Sequence record: OR896822.1
DNA length: 64,000 nucleotides
Reading direction: 5' to 3' (one strand)
Source: Salmonella phage vB_SenS-3
Shown: positions 20,438-29,728 of the stretch, in pieces
Numbering within the stretch: position 1 is the first letter of the stretch
How the letters are laid out: the number at the start of each line of letters is the position of its first letter
Notes under the pieces: generated by a model
What the model saw: the letters and a program-made list of their open reading frames with translations, nothing else
What the model was told of the DNA's origin: nothing
Databases searched by the model: none
Program-made: the position numbers and the translations under genes

Positions 20438-22704
20438 TGGCACTTAAAACTAAAATTATTGTACAGCAGATTATGAACATAGATGACACTACAACTACTG
20501 CTAGTAAATATCCTAAGTACACAGTAGTTTTAGGTACTTCTATTAGTTCTATTACTGCTAGCGAACTAACAGCGGCTGTTGAGGTCTCTGCTGCTTCTGC
20601 TGCGGCAGCAAAAGATTCTGAAATTGCAGCAAAAGAATCTGAAATAAATGCTAAGGACTCTGAGAACCTATCTGCAAATTATGCTAACTCTTCAGAAGCT
20701 TCTGCAACTCAATCTGCTACTTCTGCTACTGAAGCGAAGAGACAAGCTGATTTATCTAAAGATAGTGCTGATGCCTCTGCTATTTCTGCTTCTCAATCTG
20801 CTGCGTCCGCTACTAAAGCTGCAGAATCATCAGCTGCAGCAAAAACTAGTGAGACTAACACTCTAGAATCATCAGCTGCAGCAAAAACTAGTGAGACTAA
20901 TGCAAAAACTAGTGAGACTAATGCAAAAACTAGTGAGACTAATGCAGCAGCATATGCAGCAGCAGCAAAAACTAGCGAGACTAATGCTGCTGATTCCGCT
21001 GCCTCTGCTTCTGACTCCAAAGGATTCAGGGATGAAGCAGAAGCATTCGCTGCACAAGCCTCCACATCAGCATTAGCAGCAAAAAACTCAGAAACTAATA
21101 CAAAGACTAGCGAAATTAACTCAAAAGCTAGTGAAGACGCTGCTAAGCTAGCTCAGCAAGGTGCATCAGATAGCGCGAACACAGCTACGCAAGCGATGAC
21201 CACAATACAGGGTCTTAAGTCCGATGTTGAACAGCTTAAAGCTGACACTCAGACCATTAAAGAAGGTGCGGCGACAGAGATTAGAGCAGCTAAGACGGAG
21301 GCAGTAGGAGCAATTGACACAGCTAAGGTAAACGCAATTGCTGAAATCACCCCGTTAAAACAAGCTGCGGAAGACGCTGCCACCTTAGCTGGACAAAAGG
21401 CAGTAACGGCTACAGAACAGGCTACAGCCGCGGCTGGAAGCGCTACAACCGCAGGAGAACAAGCCGTAGCAGCATCCAGTTCCGCAACTCGAGCTGAGAC
21501 CGCAGCAAACAAAGCTGAACAAACTTTGAGCATATCTTTGTTAAAGGATCAGAACCTTGCAGACTTAAGTGACAAGGTACAGGCTCGTATAAACCTAAGT
21601 GTGGATCGTCTTAAACAGAGCGCTGATAGTTCCCGCATTTATGACCCGACAAACCGCTACAACTTAGTTGTAATGGATACAGGGTCTTGGGGTGTCTATG
21701 ACGATACTAGTAATGTATTTAAACCTTTAGGAGTAGGACAGGGCGGCACGGGAGCTTGGGACGCAGAGGGTGCTCGCAACAACATCGGGGCGCTGTCCAA
21801 AGGTGGTGACACTGCGACCGCCATGATTGCTACTAAACATTCTTATCCTGCTGGCTCAACAGGGCAAATTTTGGGTTGGTCGTGGCGATCAATTGTAGAA
21901 GGCTATGGTATCGGAACGGCGACTGCTGATTTTTACGTAAACCACACAGTAGGAAGCGTCACATATGCCTGCATTAAGCCTACTCGAGTGACCGGTGAAA
22001 GCTGGGAGTATCTTTTTAGCGACTTTGGCGAAATGTCTAATATTAGAAGCCTGATTATTAGTCGTAACACAGGTGCGGCAGGAGAGGCGTCCGGTAACAT
22101 GGAGTTGAGTTATGGGGCGGGGCAGGTGACACAGTACGCCGCTCGTGTAGATTTTTACGATGGAACTGCACGATCTGTTTTAGATACCTACGATGCTACT
22201 CGCTTAACAACTCTCTTACCCTCGGCAGGTGTCATTTGCCGTAGAGGTATTGGTGGTAATTACCAAGCAAATAGCTATTCTTTCTCGTGGGAAAATCCTG
22301 GAGTAGATGTATGGATTGATAGTACTCGTATTGGGCGAGTAACGCTGGATCCTACAAGCGACATTGATTATAAAGAACAGGTTGAGCCATGGGACGGTAA
22401 GAGTGCGTTAAACAATATCAATCAGTTAGAGCTCGTGACGTTTATCTTCAAAGATGATATAAAGCGTCGGGTACGTCGTGGAATCATTGCACAGCAAGCG
22501 GCAACCATAGACCCTGAATACACACACTCAAGCGAGGATAAGGAGGGAAATACAATTCTTTCGCTTGATACTAACGTGCTGTTACTGGATGCGCTTGCTG
22601 CTATCCAGGTGCTAAGCGCCCGTGTCAGTAAATTAGAGTCTTTGTTAGAAGATAAACCAACCACTCTACCTGAAGACCCCGCTCCAAATCAAGACCTTCC
22701 TTAA
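20437..22704 (+). CDS. L-shaped tail fibre protein with C-terminal intramolecular chaperone domain
   Basis: 755 aa; Ala/Ser/Thr-rich shaft with perfect tandem repeats (AKTSETN); C-terminal segment GIIAQQAATIDPEYTHSSEDKEGNTILSLDTNVLLLDALAAIQVLSARVSKLESLL resembles the self-cleaving chaperone domain of T5 pb1 and endosialidases. Confidence 0.7.
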   Translation: MALKTKIIVQQIMNIDDTTTTASKYPKYTVVLGTSISSITASELTAAVEVSAASAAAAKDSEIAAKESEINAKDSENLSANYANSSEASATQSATSATEAKRQADLSKDSADASAISASQSAASATKAAESSAAAKTSETNTLESSAAAKTSETNAKTSETNAKTSETNAAAYAAAAKTSETNAADSAASASDSKGFRDEAEAFAAQASTSALAAKNSETNTKTSEINSKASEDAAKLAQQGASDSANTATQAMTTIQGLKSDVEQLKADTQTIKEGAATEIRAAKTEAVGAIDTAKVNAIAEITPLKQAAEDAATLAGQKAVTATEQATAAAGSATTAGEQAVAASSSATRAETAANKAEQTLSISLLKDQNLADLSDKVQARINLSVDRLKQSADSSRIYDPTNRYNLVVMDTGSWGVYDDTSNVFKPLGVGQGGTGAWDAEGARNNIGALSKGGDTATAMIATKHSYPAGSTGQILGWSWRSIVEGYGIGTATADFYVNHTVGSVTYACIKPTRVTGESWEYLFSDFGEMSNIRSLIISRNTGAAGEASGNMELSYGAGQVTQYAARVDFYDGTARSVLDTYDATRLTTLLPSAGVICRRGIGGNYQANSYSFSWENPGVDVWIDSTRIGRVTLDPTSDIDYKEQVEPWDGKSALNNINQLELVTFIFKDDIKRRVRRGIIAQQAATIDPEYTHSSEDKEGNTILSLDTNVLLLDALAAIQVLSARVSKLESLLEDKPTTLPEDPAPNQDLP
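20824..20990 (+). repeat. perfect tandem DNA repeats inside tail fibre gene
   Basis: 35-nt block gaatcatcagctgcagcaaaaactagtgagactaa occurs twice (20824 and 20866), followed by three exact 21-nt units gcaaaaactagtgagactaat and a degenerate copy. Confidence 0.85.
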
Positions 22705-22712
22705 TCCTAAAA

Positions 22713-22738
22713 TACGCGGCTTCGGCTGCGTATTTTTA
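22713..22738 (+). terminator. rho-independent terminator after tail fibre gene
   Basis: Hairpin TACGCGGC-TTCG-GCTGCGTA (one G-U pair) followed by TTTTT. Confidence 0.75.
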
Positions 22739-22860
22739 TCACTTTTAACTTTACAAAACTTTACATCAGATGCCAGGTAAACTTTTTGTTATGCACTATG
22801 CTTAACTCGTAATATGCGTGTTACATGTGTTTAACAATCAACTCTCAGGAGTGTTTACTA

Positions 22861-23189
22861 TGTCTGACAGGACTCTTTTACCGACCAACATGGGCGGGCT
22901 CGGTGGTGACGGTGTTATGCCTGGTATCGCTGCTTTTAGTGGTGCGCTGATTGATTCCTGGTTAGGTAATGGTGCGGGTGGTCGTGGTGTTGGTGCGGGT
23001 GGTGTGGATGGCGCGGTTTCCGTTGCTAGTACTGCTGCAAACATGCTGACTACTTCACTGGTAAGCGATATCGAATCCATTCAGAGCGGACTGAACAATC
23101 TGGGCCTAACTGTTGTACAGGGTCAGGGTACAACCAATCTGGCAATCGCTAACACAGGCGCAATGAACCTGAACGCTATTACCCAATAG
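22861..23189 (+). CDS. glycine-rich hypothetical protein (moron-like); in-frame TAG at 23187-23189 followed by a 65-codon open extension
   Basis: ATG at 22861 with AGGAG RBS 8 nt upstream; GC-rich Gly/Ala-rich ORF (GGLGGDGV...GNGAGGRGVGAGGVDG); frame stays open after the TAG to TGA at 23385-23387. Confidence 0.45.
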
Positions 23190-23334
23190 AATACTCAAAA
23201 CCTGTTGGCGTCTGTCCAGGGTTTTGTAGAGCTGAACACTGCGATCACCTCCAGCACTAGTACCATCGCTGGCGCGATCTCTGCTCAGTCGTTTGATCAA
23301 CAGCGTACAGCATTCCAGGAGCAACTTGCCACTG

Positions 23335-23358
23335 AAAAAAAAAAAAAAAAAAAAAAAA
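23335..23358 (+). repeat. 24-nt poly(A) homopolymer tract
   Basis: Uninterrupted run of 24 A, in frame within the open extension downstream of the TAG (would encode Lys8). Confidence 0.9.
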
Positions 23359-23554
23359 TATTGCTGCGAAACAAGCCTGAGTCTTGATTATCCTAGCAAC
23401 GCAATGCATGTTCTACTGTATTAACAGTTCGCTGATTCTTAGGCTGTTCTTATGTACAATATGAAAACACAAAATGCAAGAGGTTCGTTTTGCACCCTCT
23501 CAGAAAAAAAATTAATAAAATAAAGGAATTAGTAAAACAACTCCTTACTAAATA

Positions 23555-23592
23555 AGAGAAAACCCCAGTGGATTGTTCACTGGGGTTTTTTA
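23555..23592. terminator. bidirectional rho-independent terminator between convergent late (+) and early (-) units
   Basis: Hairpin CCCCAGTG-gattgtt-CACTGGGG flanked by an A-run upstream and T-run downstream. Confidence 0.75.
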
Positions 23593-23769
23593 TTACTCTT
23601 TACCTCCTGCGATAATACCTAAGTTATACACGGCAAGCATATCACTAATGGTAGGATCTTGAGACTCAGAACACAGTTTAATAAACCCTTCTTCATCCCA
23701 TTGCTCTACATTGCCAAACATATCCACTTTTAGTACTACCTTATCAAGGGTAGGGGGTGCTATAATCAT
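23593..23769 (-). CDS. small hypothetical protein (58 aa)
   Basis: ORF MIIAPPTLDKVV...GIIAGGKE lying between the dUTPase stop and the bidirectional terminator; no convincing SD. Confidence 0.2.
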   Translation of the reverse strand: MIIAPPTLDKVVLKVDMFGNVEQWDEEGFIKLCSESQDPTISDMLAVYNLGIIAGGKE

Positions 23770-23831
23770 ATCATAGAAATTCGGGTGTTGATTAGCATCA
23801 ATCTCTATTTGATTAGGATCAACAAAATTAC

Positions 23832-24278
23832 TTACTTACTTCCTGAGCTTCCAAAGCCGCCTTCTCCACGATCAGTCTCCTCTAGTTCGTCAACGATTTC
23901 AAAATGATTAATTGAGTAGTGTGGTAGTACTACTAGCTGACAAAGTCTCTCGAAATTCTCTAGAGTTTGCATTTCAGAACCGTAGTTAAACAGGTTCATC
24001 TTAATAGTACCACGGTAGTCTGAGTCGATCACTCCTGCGGTATTTGCGATCATTAGTTTACGCTTACCTAAAGAGCTGCGAGGAACTACCAAACCAAACC
24101 AACCTCGCGGAATTTCCACCGCGACACCGGTGTCTATCATAAGGGATTTGCCTGGTGCAATAGCACGTAAATCTGCTGCAAGGTTAGTACCGAAGAATGC
24201 ACGCAGATCCATACCTGCAGCATCATCAGAACCAATCTTTGGCATGCAATCTGGATGGGTTAGTTTAATTTTAATCAT
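23832..24278 (-). CDS. dut: dUTP diphosphatase (dUTPase)
   Basis: 148 aa with dUTPase motifs AGMDL, RSSL, GVIDSDYRG and C-terminal GGFGSSG. Confidence 0.85.
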   Translation of the reverse strand: MIKIKLTHPDCMPKIGSDDAAGMDLRAFFGTNLAADLRAIAPGKSLMIDTGVAVEIPRGWFGLVVPRSSLGKRKLMIANTAGVIDSDYRGTIKMNLFNYGSEMQTLENFERLCQLVVLPHYSINHFEIVDELEETDRGEGGFGSSGSK

Positions 24279-25150
24279 TGTCCTGCGATCTCCAAAATAT
24301 CTTTCGTAAACTTATCTAATACGTCTTGACCTACAGCAGCAATAGCATCTATACAATAGGTCGGTAAATCAACCAGAATCAGATTTCGGAAAAGCAACTC
24401 CTCCGATGCGTTCAGATTCTGTATATATTTCTGTTTCCCAGGCAGAGGGAGTTGATCAATAATATCCAGAACATTACCAAATTCACGGATAATATTATAA
24501 CCACGTTTTGCACCGATGCCTTCAACACCACGGATGTTATCACCAAGATCTCCCATAATTGCTTTCAGAGAGATAAACTGATCTACATCATCAACGTTAT
24601 GATGTTCATACATATCACGAAGATGGTACTCACGACGTGTGGTGAAGGAGAAGCGAGAAACTCGATCAGTTAATAGAGTATCCCAGTCACCATCAGTAGA
24701 GATCAGCCAAACGTGATCATATAAATGACCAATGAGCTTAACAATATAAGCTGCCATATCGTCTGCTTCTACACCACGAATAGTGAAAGTTGGGAATGTG
24801 GTTTCACACAACTCGAAAGCATCACGAAGATACTCAAAGAACTGTTCATCTAGTGCTTTCTCTTCTTCTGTACGTTGTGCATACTTTTCGTCACGGTTCC
24901 CTTTGTAATCAGGAAGATGTTCTAAACGGAATACAGACTTTCCTTTATCGCCTAGAACGATTGTAGTTCTAGCTGAATAGGATTTTGCTAAAGATTGAAT
25001 TGTAGAAACATAACTTGAAGCGAATGGTTTCTTACTATTATTATGTTTGAAGCGGAAGCCTAAGTTAGTTCCATCAACAATCATTAGGTTGCGACGAGAA
25101 GCCAGCTCAGCTTCTTCCTCTTCAATAAATTTTCCCCAGGATTTACTCAT
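24275..25150 (-). CDS. 5'-3' exonuclease / flap endonuclease (T5 D15-like)
   Basis: 291 aa, same length as T5 D15; N-terminal MIVDGTNLGFR and acidic clusters typical of FEN/5'-nuclease family. Confidence 0.85.
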   Translation of the reverse strand: MSKSWGKFIEEEEAELASRRNLMIVDGTNLGFRFKHNNSKKPFASSYVSTIQSLAKSYSARTTIVLGDKGKSVFRLEHLPDYKGNRDEKYAQRTEEEKALDEQFFEYLRDAFELCETTFPTFTIRGVEADDMAAYIVKLIGHLYDHVWLISTDGDWDTLLTDRVSRFSFTTRREYHLRDMYEHHNVDDVDQFISLKAIMGDLGDNIRGVEGIGAKRGYNIIREFGNVLDIIDQLPLPGKQKYIQNLNASEELLFRNLILVDLPTYCIDAIAAVGQDVLDKFTKDILEIAGQ

Positions 25151-25632
25151 TATTTAATTAAGTCCTCAACAGATGCGTGATGTAACCACGGTTCGAATAA
25201 CCCGATTACGATTTCCATGTCTTTCTTATTTAACACCATATGGGTACGACTCATTAAGTTGTCAACCATCGGGTCTGAGCTATCCAAAGCAATTAACCAC
25301 TGTCCTCTGTCTTTCTTGAATATTAAAGCTGGTTTGGAGTTCATCTGTTCACCCTCACGGGAACACTGCTGCCACCATTTCTCTAGAGTGGATTCACCAA
25401 CGTTAAATAAATTACTTGATATGTTATCATCTTTATACCACTTAACTTCGAAGCAGTATTTACTAATGTGTCCGCTTTGTGGTGGAAGGTAGATGTCGCC
25501 CTTCAGTCCATGGCTCTGGCCAAAAGCACCAGAACCTGGAACACGTTCCCACTCAAGACCTGTACGTTCACGTAGTATATCTCTTACCTGATATTCACCA
25601 CGTTTACCTTTCTCTCTACTATCTACGGCCAT
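25150..25632 (-). CDS. hypothetical protein (D14-like; possible nuclease)
   Basis: 160-aa ORF between flap endonuclease and Rad50-like gene; N-terminal EKGKRGEYQVRDIL is reminiscent of Hjc-type resolvases (weak). Confidence 0.4.
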   Translation of the reverse strand: MAVDSREKGKRGEYQVRDILRERTGLEWERVPGSGAFGQSHGLKGDIYLPPQSGHISKYCFEVKWYKDDNISSNLFNVGESTLEKWWQQCSREGEQMNSKPALIFKKDRGQWLIALDSSDPMVDNLMSRTHMVLNKKDMEIVIGLFEPWLHHASVEDLIK

Positions 25633-25635
25633 GTT

Positions 25636-27474
25636 TTATTCTAAGTAGGAAAATCCTTCTGCATCTTTTTTGACAGTAATCTTATGAGCTAATGGATGCG
25701 TATGCCCATGAGAAACAATGATAGAATTCAGACTATCTTCTTCATTTAATAATTCAACGAGAGTATCAAGTCCTTTCGTATCAATAAAGCTAATAACTTC
25801 GTCAAGGAACAGAAGATTAATATTAACTTTACTAATAGATGTTAACAGCATTCGAATAGCTAACAGAGTTGCTAGGTTAATTCTACTCTGCTGACCAGTA
25901 GAGCAGTTCTCCATACTGGTGCGGTTTCCATCATTGAAGATTACTACTTGTAATTTAGTTTCATCAAGTTCAAATCCAAGTGCGAACTTACCACCAGTCA
26001 TAATAGAAAGATATTTATTAATCAATTCCTCAAATACTTTCACACTATGCTCTAGTTTATATCCTACCAGATTTTTCAATGCAGCGATCAGAATATCAAG
26101 ATCAGCAACAGCTTCTGATACTCCATCCAGTTTGGACGTTATCTCAGACATTTCTGCCTCAGCTTTTTCAATCTGTTCTAGTTTCGCTTTATATTTTGCA
26201 TTGGCTAATTCGACATTTGCATTATGCTCTTTGGCAATTGCAACTTTAGAACGGCCATCAGCGATTTCCTGTTCTAATTGTCGGATTTGCACCTGTAGGA
26301 TCTGCACATTGAGTTCTTCAAAAGAAGCATCACTCATTGAATTTTTGAACTCGTCTCTAGCTGCTACTGCCTTATCCAAAGCATCCTTAGCTCTAGTATA
26401 TGCAGTGTACTCGACTTGTTCTTTCTTCAACTGCTCTAGTGTAGCTTCAAGGGATTGTTTCTCTTTAAACAGAGGATCATACTCTGTTCTAGCCATATCC
26501 ATTGCTTTTTGAGCAGCAGTTGTATCAAGGTGAGTACCACAAGTAGGACATTCAGTATTTGAAGCCTCTTGCTTGAACTTCTGATAACGTTTCTTGACTT
26601 CTCCCGCACGTGAGGTAACAATCGTTAGGTCACGCGTAACACTTGAGATCTCTTCAGATTGGTCAGTGGGCGCAGGGAAATTTTTGAAAGGCTCGAAAGA
26701 TTGTTCGGCAACTTGTACAGCTTTGTCCAAATTACGAAGTTTAGTAATATTAGCCTCTTGTGACTTGGCTAATGCCGCCTTAATTTTCGATTCAGTAAGT
26801 TCTTGTGCTAACGGTTCTTCATCAAACTCTGGAATTTCGACTGGCTCCTGTAAACTTCCGAGATTACCTTTTCCATTGAGGATCTTCGTAATTACGGCCA
26901 TCTGGCCTTGCAAATTACTTAACGTACTTGCCACTTCTTTACGATCAGCCTTAATAGTTTCTGACATCTCTTTATACTGTTCCTGATTGAACAGGTTAAC
27001 AAGAAAAGCTTTACGTGTTGCATCAGTTGCTTTGAGGAAGTCTAGATTGGAACCGACAGATTGATAGATCAGCTTAGTGAATGTTTGGAAGTCACCACCC
27101 ATAATCTCTTCAATCATCTTGTACGTTTGAGTTGCTGTGTGTCCACTGATATCTTCTCCATTCTTAATCAGTGTAACCTTAGCAGTTGATTTAACTACTT
27201 TATGTAACTCATACTCATCTTCATCTTTCGAGAAGTAAGCGTGCATATCGTACTCTTTCTTCGGAGAACCCCAAGAGAATAAGGCGTCCTTCTTGATACC
27301 ACGTGAGTTCTTGTTATAAAACAATTCCTCAATAACAGTAGCAATAGTGGACTTCCCTAGACCGTTTCCTCCGATTAACTGAGTAACTGGATTTTTATCG
27401 AAATGAATTACGATATCCTTACCATAAGACATAACGTTGCTGAATTTTAGTGTCTTAATTATAATCTTTGACAT
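25636..27474 (-). CDS. SbcC/Rad50-like recombination ATPase (D13-like)
   Basis: Walker A GGNGLGKST; zinc hook CPTCGT; long coiled-coil middle; D-loop/Walker B LLFLDEV near C-terminus. Start moved to ATG at 27474 (MSKIIIKTLKF), which limits overlap with the upstream gene to 20 nt; ORF track gives 27549. Confidence 0.8.
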   Translation of the reverse strand: MSKIIIKTLKFSNVMSYGKDIVIHFDKNPVTQLIGGNGLGKSTIATVIEELFYNKNSRGIKKDALFSWGSPKKEYDMHAYFSKDEDEYELHKVVKSTAKVTLIKNGEDISGHTATQTYKMIEEIMGGDFQTFTKLIYQSVGSNLDFLKATDATRKAFLVNLFNQEQYKEMSETIKADRKEVASTLSNLQGQMAVITKILNGKGNLGSLQEPVEIPEFDEEPLAQELTESKIKAALAKSQEANITKLRNLDKAVQVAEQSFEPFKNFPAPTDQSEEISSVTRDLTIVTSRAGEVKKRYQKFKQEASNTECPTCGTHLDTTAAQKAMDMARTEYDPLFKEKQSLEATLEQLKKEQVEYTAYTRAKDALDKAVAARDEFKNSMSDASFEELNVQILQVQIRQLEQEIADGRSKVAIAKEHNANVELANAKYKAKLEQIEKAEAEMSEITSKLDGVSEAVADLDILIAALKNLVGYKLEHSVKVFEELINKYLSIMTGGKFALGFELDETKLQVVIFNDGNRTSMENCSTGQQSRINLATLLAIRMLLTSISKVNINLLFLDEVISFIDTKGLDTLVELLNEEDSLNSIIVSHGHTHPLAHKITVKKDAEGFSYLE

Positions 27475-28432
27475 ATTTAGCAGCTCTAGCCAAGATTCTA
27501 TCGATGTCGTCTTGAGACAGCTTTTCAACTTCACGGAAGTAAAGTTCAAGTTCGCCTAACATATCAAGATCAACAAGATTTAACTTAGCATCTTTAGTAA
27601 CTCGATGGTTAATCTTTTTATCTAAGAGATCGGAATCTTTAATAGACTTTAACTGAACAACGTCACCAGTGACTTCATAAATTACACGGTCATAGTCACT
27701 AGGCTCCATTTCCTCACCAACTCCGATTGTTTTACGAATCAGTTGAGGTAAGTCACCAAGTTCAATCCATTCTACTTTTAATGTGTCGGTATCAATGATA
27801 AAACAACCATTTGTACCTTTTGTGCGTTCTCTATGGAACGATGTAGTTAATGGAGATCCTGGATATAGAAGTTTAGTAGAGCCAACAGTTTGACTATTAG
27901 TATAAGAATGTAAATCGCCAGCAATTACAGTGTCATAACAGTTATACCTCGTTAGATCAATCTCTGGTTTTACATGTGGAGGGATTTCACCACGAACATG
28001 CGTGAAACATAATTTTGATTCAGATGGTTTCCACTTTGGTTTGTGGATTTCATCATAGGGGATAATATCAAATTCAGGAGAACGATATGGTTTAGTAATG
28101 ACTTCCCAATTTCCGTTTGTTACTTTATTAATAACTCCTGCATAATGATATAGGCATGAAATAGTTTTAGTTAACATTTCATGGTTCCCTGTGAAGATCT
28201 TGCCTGGATGGTCAAGTCTTGACATGAACTGTTCAAGAAGTTCTATTTCTTCCGACGATGGGTCGGCAACATCAAGAATATCACCACCAGCAATATGCAG
28301 ATCACAGTTATGATTATGGAATATGTCATTTAACCGTTCTCCTAGCATCAGGAAGCGACGCTTCTGCCACTCCTTTGGAACTTTATCTTGTCCTAGTTTG
28401 ATATGATGATCAGCACTAAATAGTATTCTCAT
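27455..28432 (-). CDS. SbcD/Mre11-like nuclease (D12-like)
   Basis: N-terminal MRILFSADHH phosphoesterase motif, GDILD, GNHE motifs of calcineurin-like phosphoesterases; paired with Rad50-like gene. Confidence 0.8.
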   Translation of the reverse strand: MRILFSADHHIKLGQDKVPKEWQKRRFLMLGERLNDIFHNHNCDLHIAGGDILDVADPSSEEIELLEQFMSRLDHPGKIFTGNHEMLTKTISCLYHYAGVINKVTNGNWEVITKPYRSPEFDIIPYDEIHKPKWKPSESKLCFTHVRGEIPPHVKPEIDLTRYNCYDTVIAGDLHSYTNSQTVGSTKLLYPGSPLTTSFHRERTKGTNGCFIIDTDTLKVEWIELGDLPQLIRKTIGVGEEMEPSDYDRVIYEVTGDVVQLKSIKDSDLLDKKINHRVTKDAKLNLVDLDMLGELELYFREVEKLSQDDIDRILARAAKYVKDYN

Positions 28433-28471
28433 AAGTTAAAAAGAAAGGGAGCCGTAGCTCCCCTTGGTTTA

Positions 28472-29245
28472 TTAGTCGTCCAGATCGCTAGCAGCTTCAG
28501 CGTCGATGCCTTTCTGAGAACCAGCATCTCCACCAGACTTAGCGTCACCGCCGTCTTGCTTCTCACGACCTTCCATGAAGGCGAGAATAGCTTCTTTCTG
28601 CTCTTCATAGGACGGAACCGGGTAGGTTTCTTCCAGAGAAGGAACTTTTTCGAACTTGATGAACTCACCAGTATCATCACACATAGCTTCACCGAGGATA
28701 TCAACATCAGCGGCGTGCAGTTTAGACTCAGCACTGGTAGGATCTTTCAGTTTCATCTGGAACTGCATTGCTGCGATCTGCTGTACATCGTACTCAGTAT
28801 CGAAGCCTTTACCTTTCTTCTCGATAGAAATATCGATATCGAATGGATCTGCCAGTTCAAGCTGCTTCATGATAGACTGGATGCCTTTCAGGATAGTAGC
28901 TTTAACTTCCATAACTTTCAGTTTGTTATCGGAACGGTCGATAACGAAGGCGATGTAGTTTTTCTTCGGTTTCAGCGGAACACGATTACCATCTTTGTCC
29001 AGCTCTTTCTCGAAGAAGCCCATTTCGTGAATCGGGTCAGCTTTACCGCGAACGAAGCTCTCTTTAGTACGGTTGAAACGCAGACACTCAAACGGAGCTG
29101 CATTACCATCTTTGTTAGTCAGCCAGTAGACATAACGTGGAAGAACACCAGAAACGATACGAACACGAGTTACACCGTTGTTGAATTTCAGGAAGTCGAT
29201 TTTATCGTTAGAACCGCCAGTAGTTTCGCCCCAAGACTTAGCCAT
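28472..29245 (-). CDS. putative ssDNA-binding protein (D11-like; acidic C-terminal tail)
   Basis: 257 aa; AAAGAGGAAA RBS; C-terminus DAEAASDLDD is acidic as in SSB-type proteins; weak inference. Confidence 0.4.
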   Translation of the reverse strand: MAKSWGETTGGSNDKIDFLKFNNGVTRVRIVSGVLPRYVYWLTNKDGNAAPFECLRFNRTKESFVRGKADPIHEMGFFEKELDKDGNRVPLKPKKNYIAFVIDRSDNKLKVMEVKATILKGIQSIMKQLELADPFDIDISIEKKGKGFDTEYDVQQIAAMQFQMKLKDPTSAESKLHAADVDILGEAMCDDTGEFIKFEKVPSLEETYPVPSYEEQKEAILAFMEGREKQDGGDAKSGGDAGSQKGIDAEAASDLDD

Positions 29246-29600
29246 ATTTTATTTCCTCTTTAAAGATTATCTTCGATTTATTGATTGCAATTAGTGGGTT
29301 AGTGTCGATTACAGAACGTGGTATCCATATGGGAACATATTGCATGTCCAAACTCGGATCGTTTGTAACCTTATATTCGGCATAATTTCGTAGACTTAGA
29401 ATTCCTAGATATTCTGCCAGTTGTCTATTAGACAATTTGTAAGGGTTATCAACAATAGTTGATTCATTCAAGATGAATGAAGAACCGACCAGTAGTTGGT
29501 GAGCATCAGGCTCTGCAAGCATTCTATTAAATAGCTTGACAATCAGGTCGGAGTTTCCTCTAGCTAAGAGGTAAATTCTCTCGTAATCAAAGAATTTCAT
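29238..29600 (-). CDS. hypothetical protein
   Basis: 120-aa ORF downstream of two tandem T5-type promoters on the minus strand. Confidence 0.4.
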   Translation of the reverse strand: MKFFDYERIYLLARGNSDLIVKLFNRMLAEPDAHQLLVGSSFILNESTIVDNPYKLSNRQLAEYLGILSLRNYAEYKVTNDPSLDMQYVPIWIPRSVIDTNPLIAINKSKIIFKEEIKYG

Positions 29601-29627
29601 TTTTGTCTCTCATCAATTTATGTATAT

Positions 29628-29657
29628 ATTATACATTAAATCGGGAGGATTTGACAA
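29628..29657 (-). promoter_or_regulatory. T5 early-type sigma70 promoter (proximal of tandem pair)
   Basis: Minus strand TTGTCA-18-TATAAT followed by ATATACATAAATTGATGAGAG element. Confidence 0.6.
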
Positions 29658-29728
29658 GTACAATTTTTATTTTTCTGCCTCGGACTTTCTTATCAATCCG
29701 AAACTTTCTCTCTCAAATTTATGTATAT

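Noticed and set aside
20648-21533. Several alternative-frame ORFs on both strands within the tail fibre gene
   Set aside because: Produced by the repetitive Ala/Ser-rich coding sequence; all nested within the 755-aa fibre ORF
25919-26986. Plus-strand ORFs (197 aa and 130 aa) inside the Rad50-like gene
   Set aside because: Antisense to a gene with clear Walker A and zinc-hook motifs; Ser-rich low-complexity translations
27455-27549. 95-nt overlap between the Mre11-like and Rad50-like genes implied by the ORF track
   Set aside because: Resolved by choosing the internal ATG at 27474 (MSKIIIKTLKF) for the Rad50-like gene, leaving a 20-nt overlap; the longer N-terminus has no support
28556-29263. 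235-aa plus-strand ORF opposite the D11-like gene
   Set aside because: Overlaps the entire minus-strand gene, which has a strong RBS and fits the operon orientation; no RBS on the plus strand
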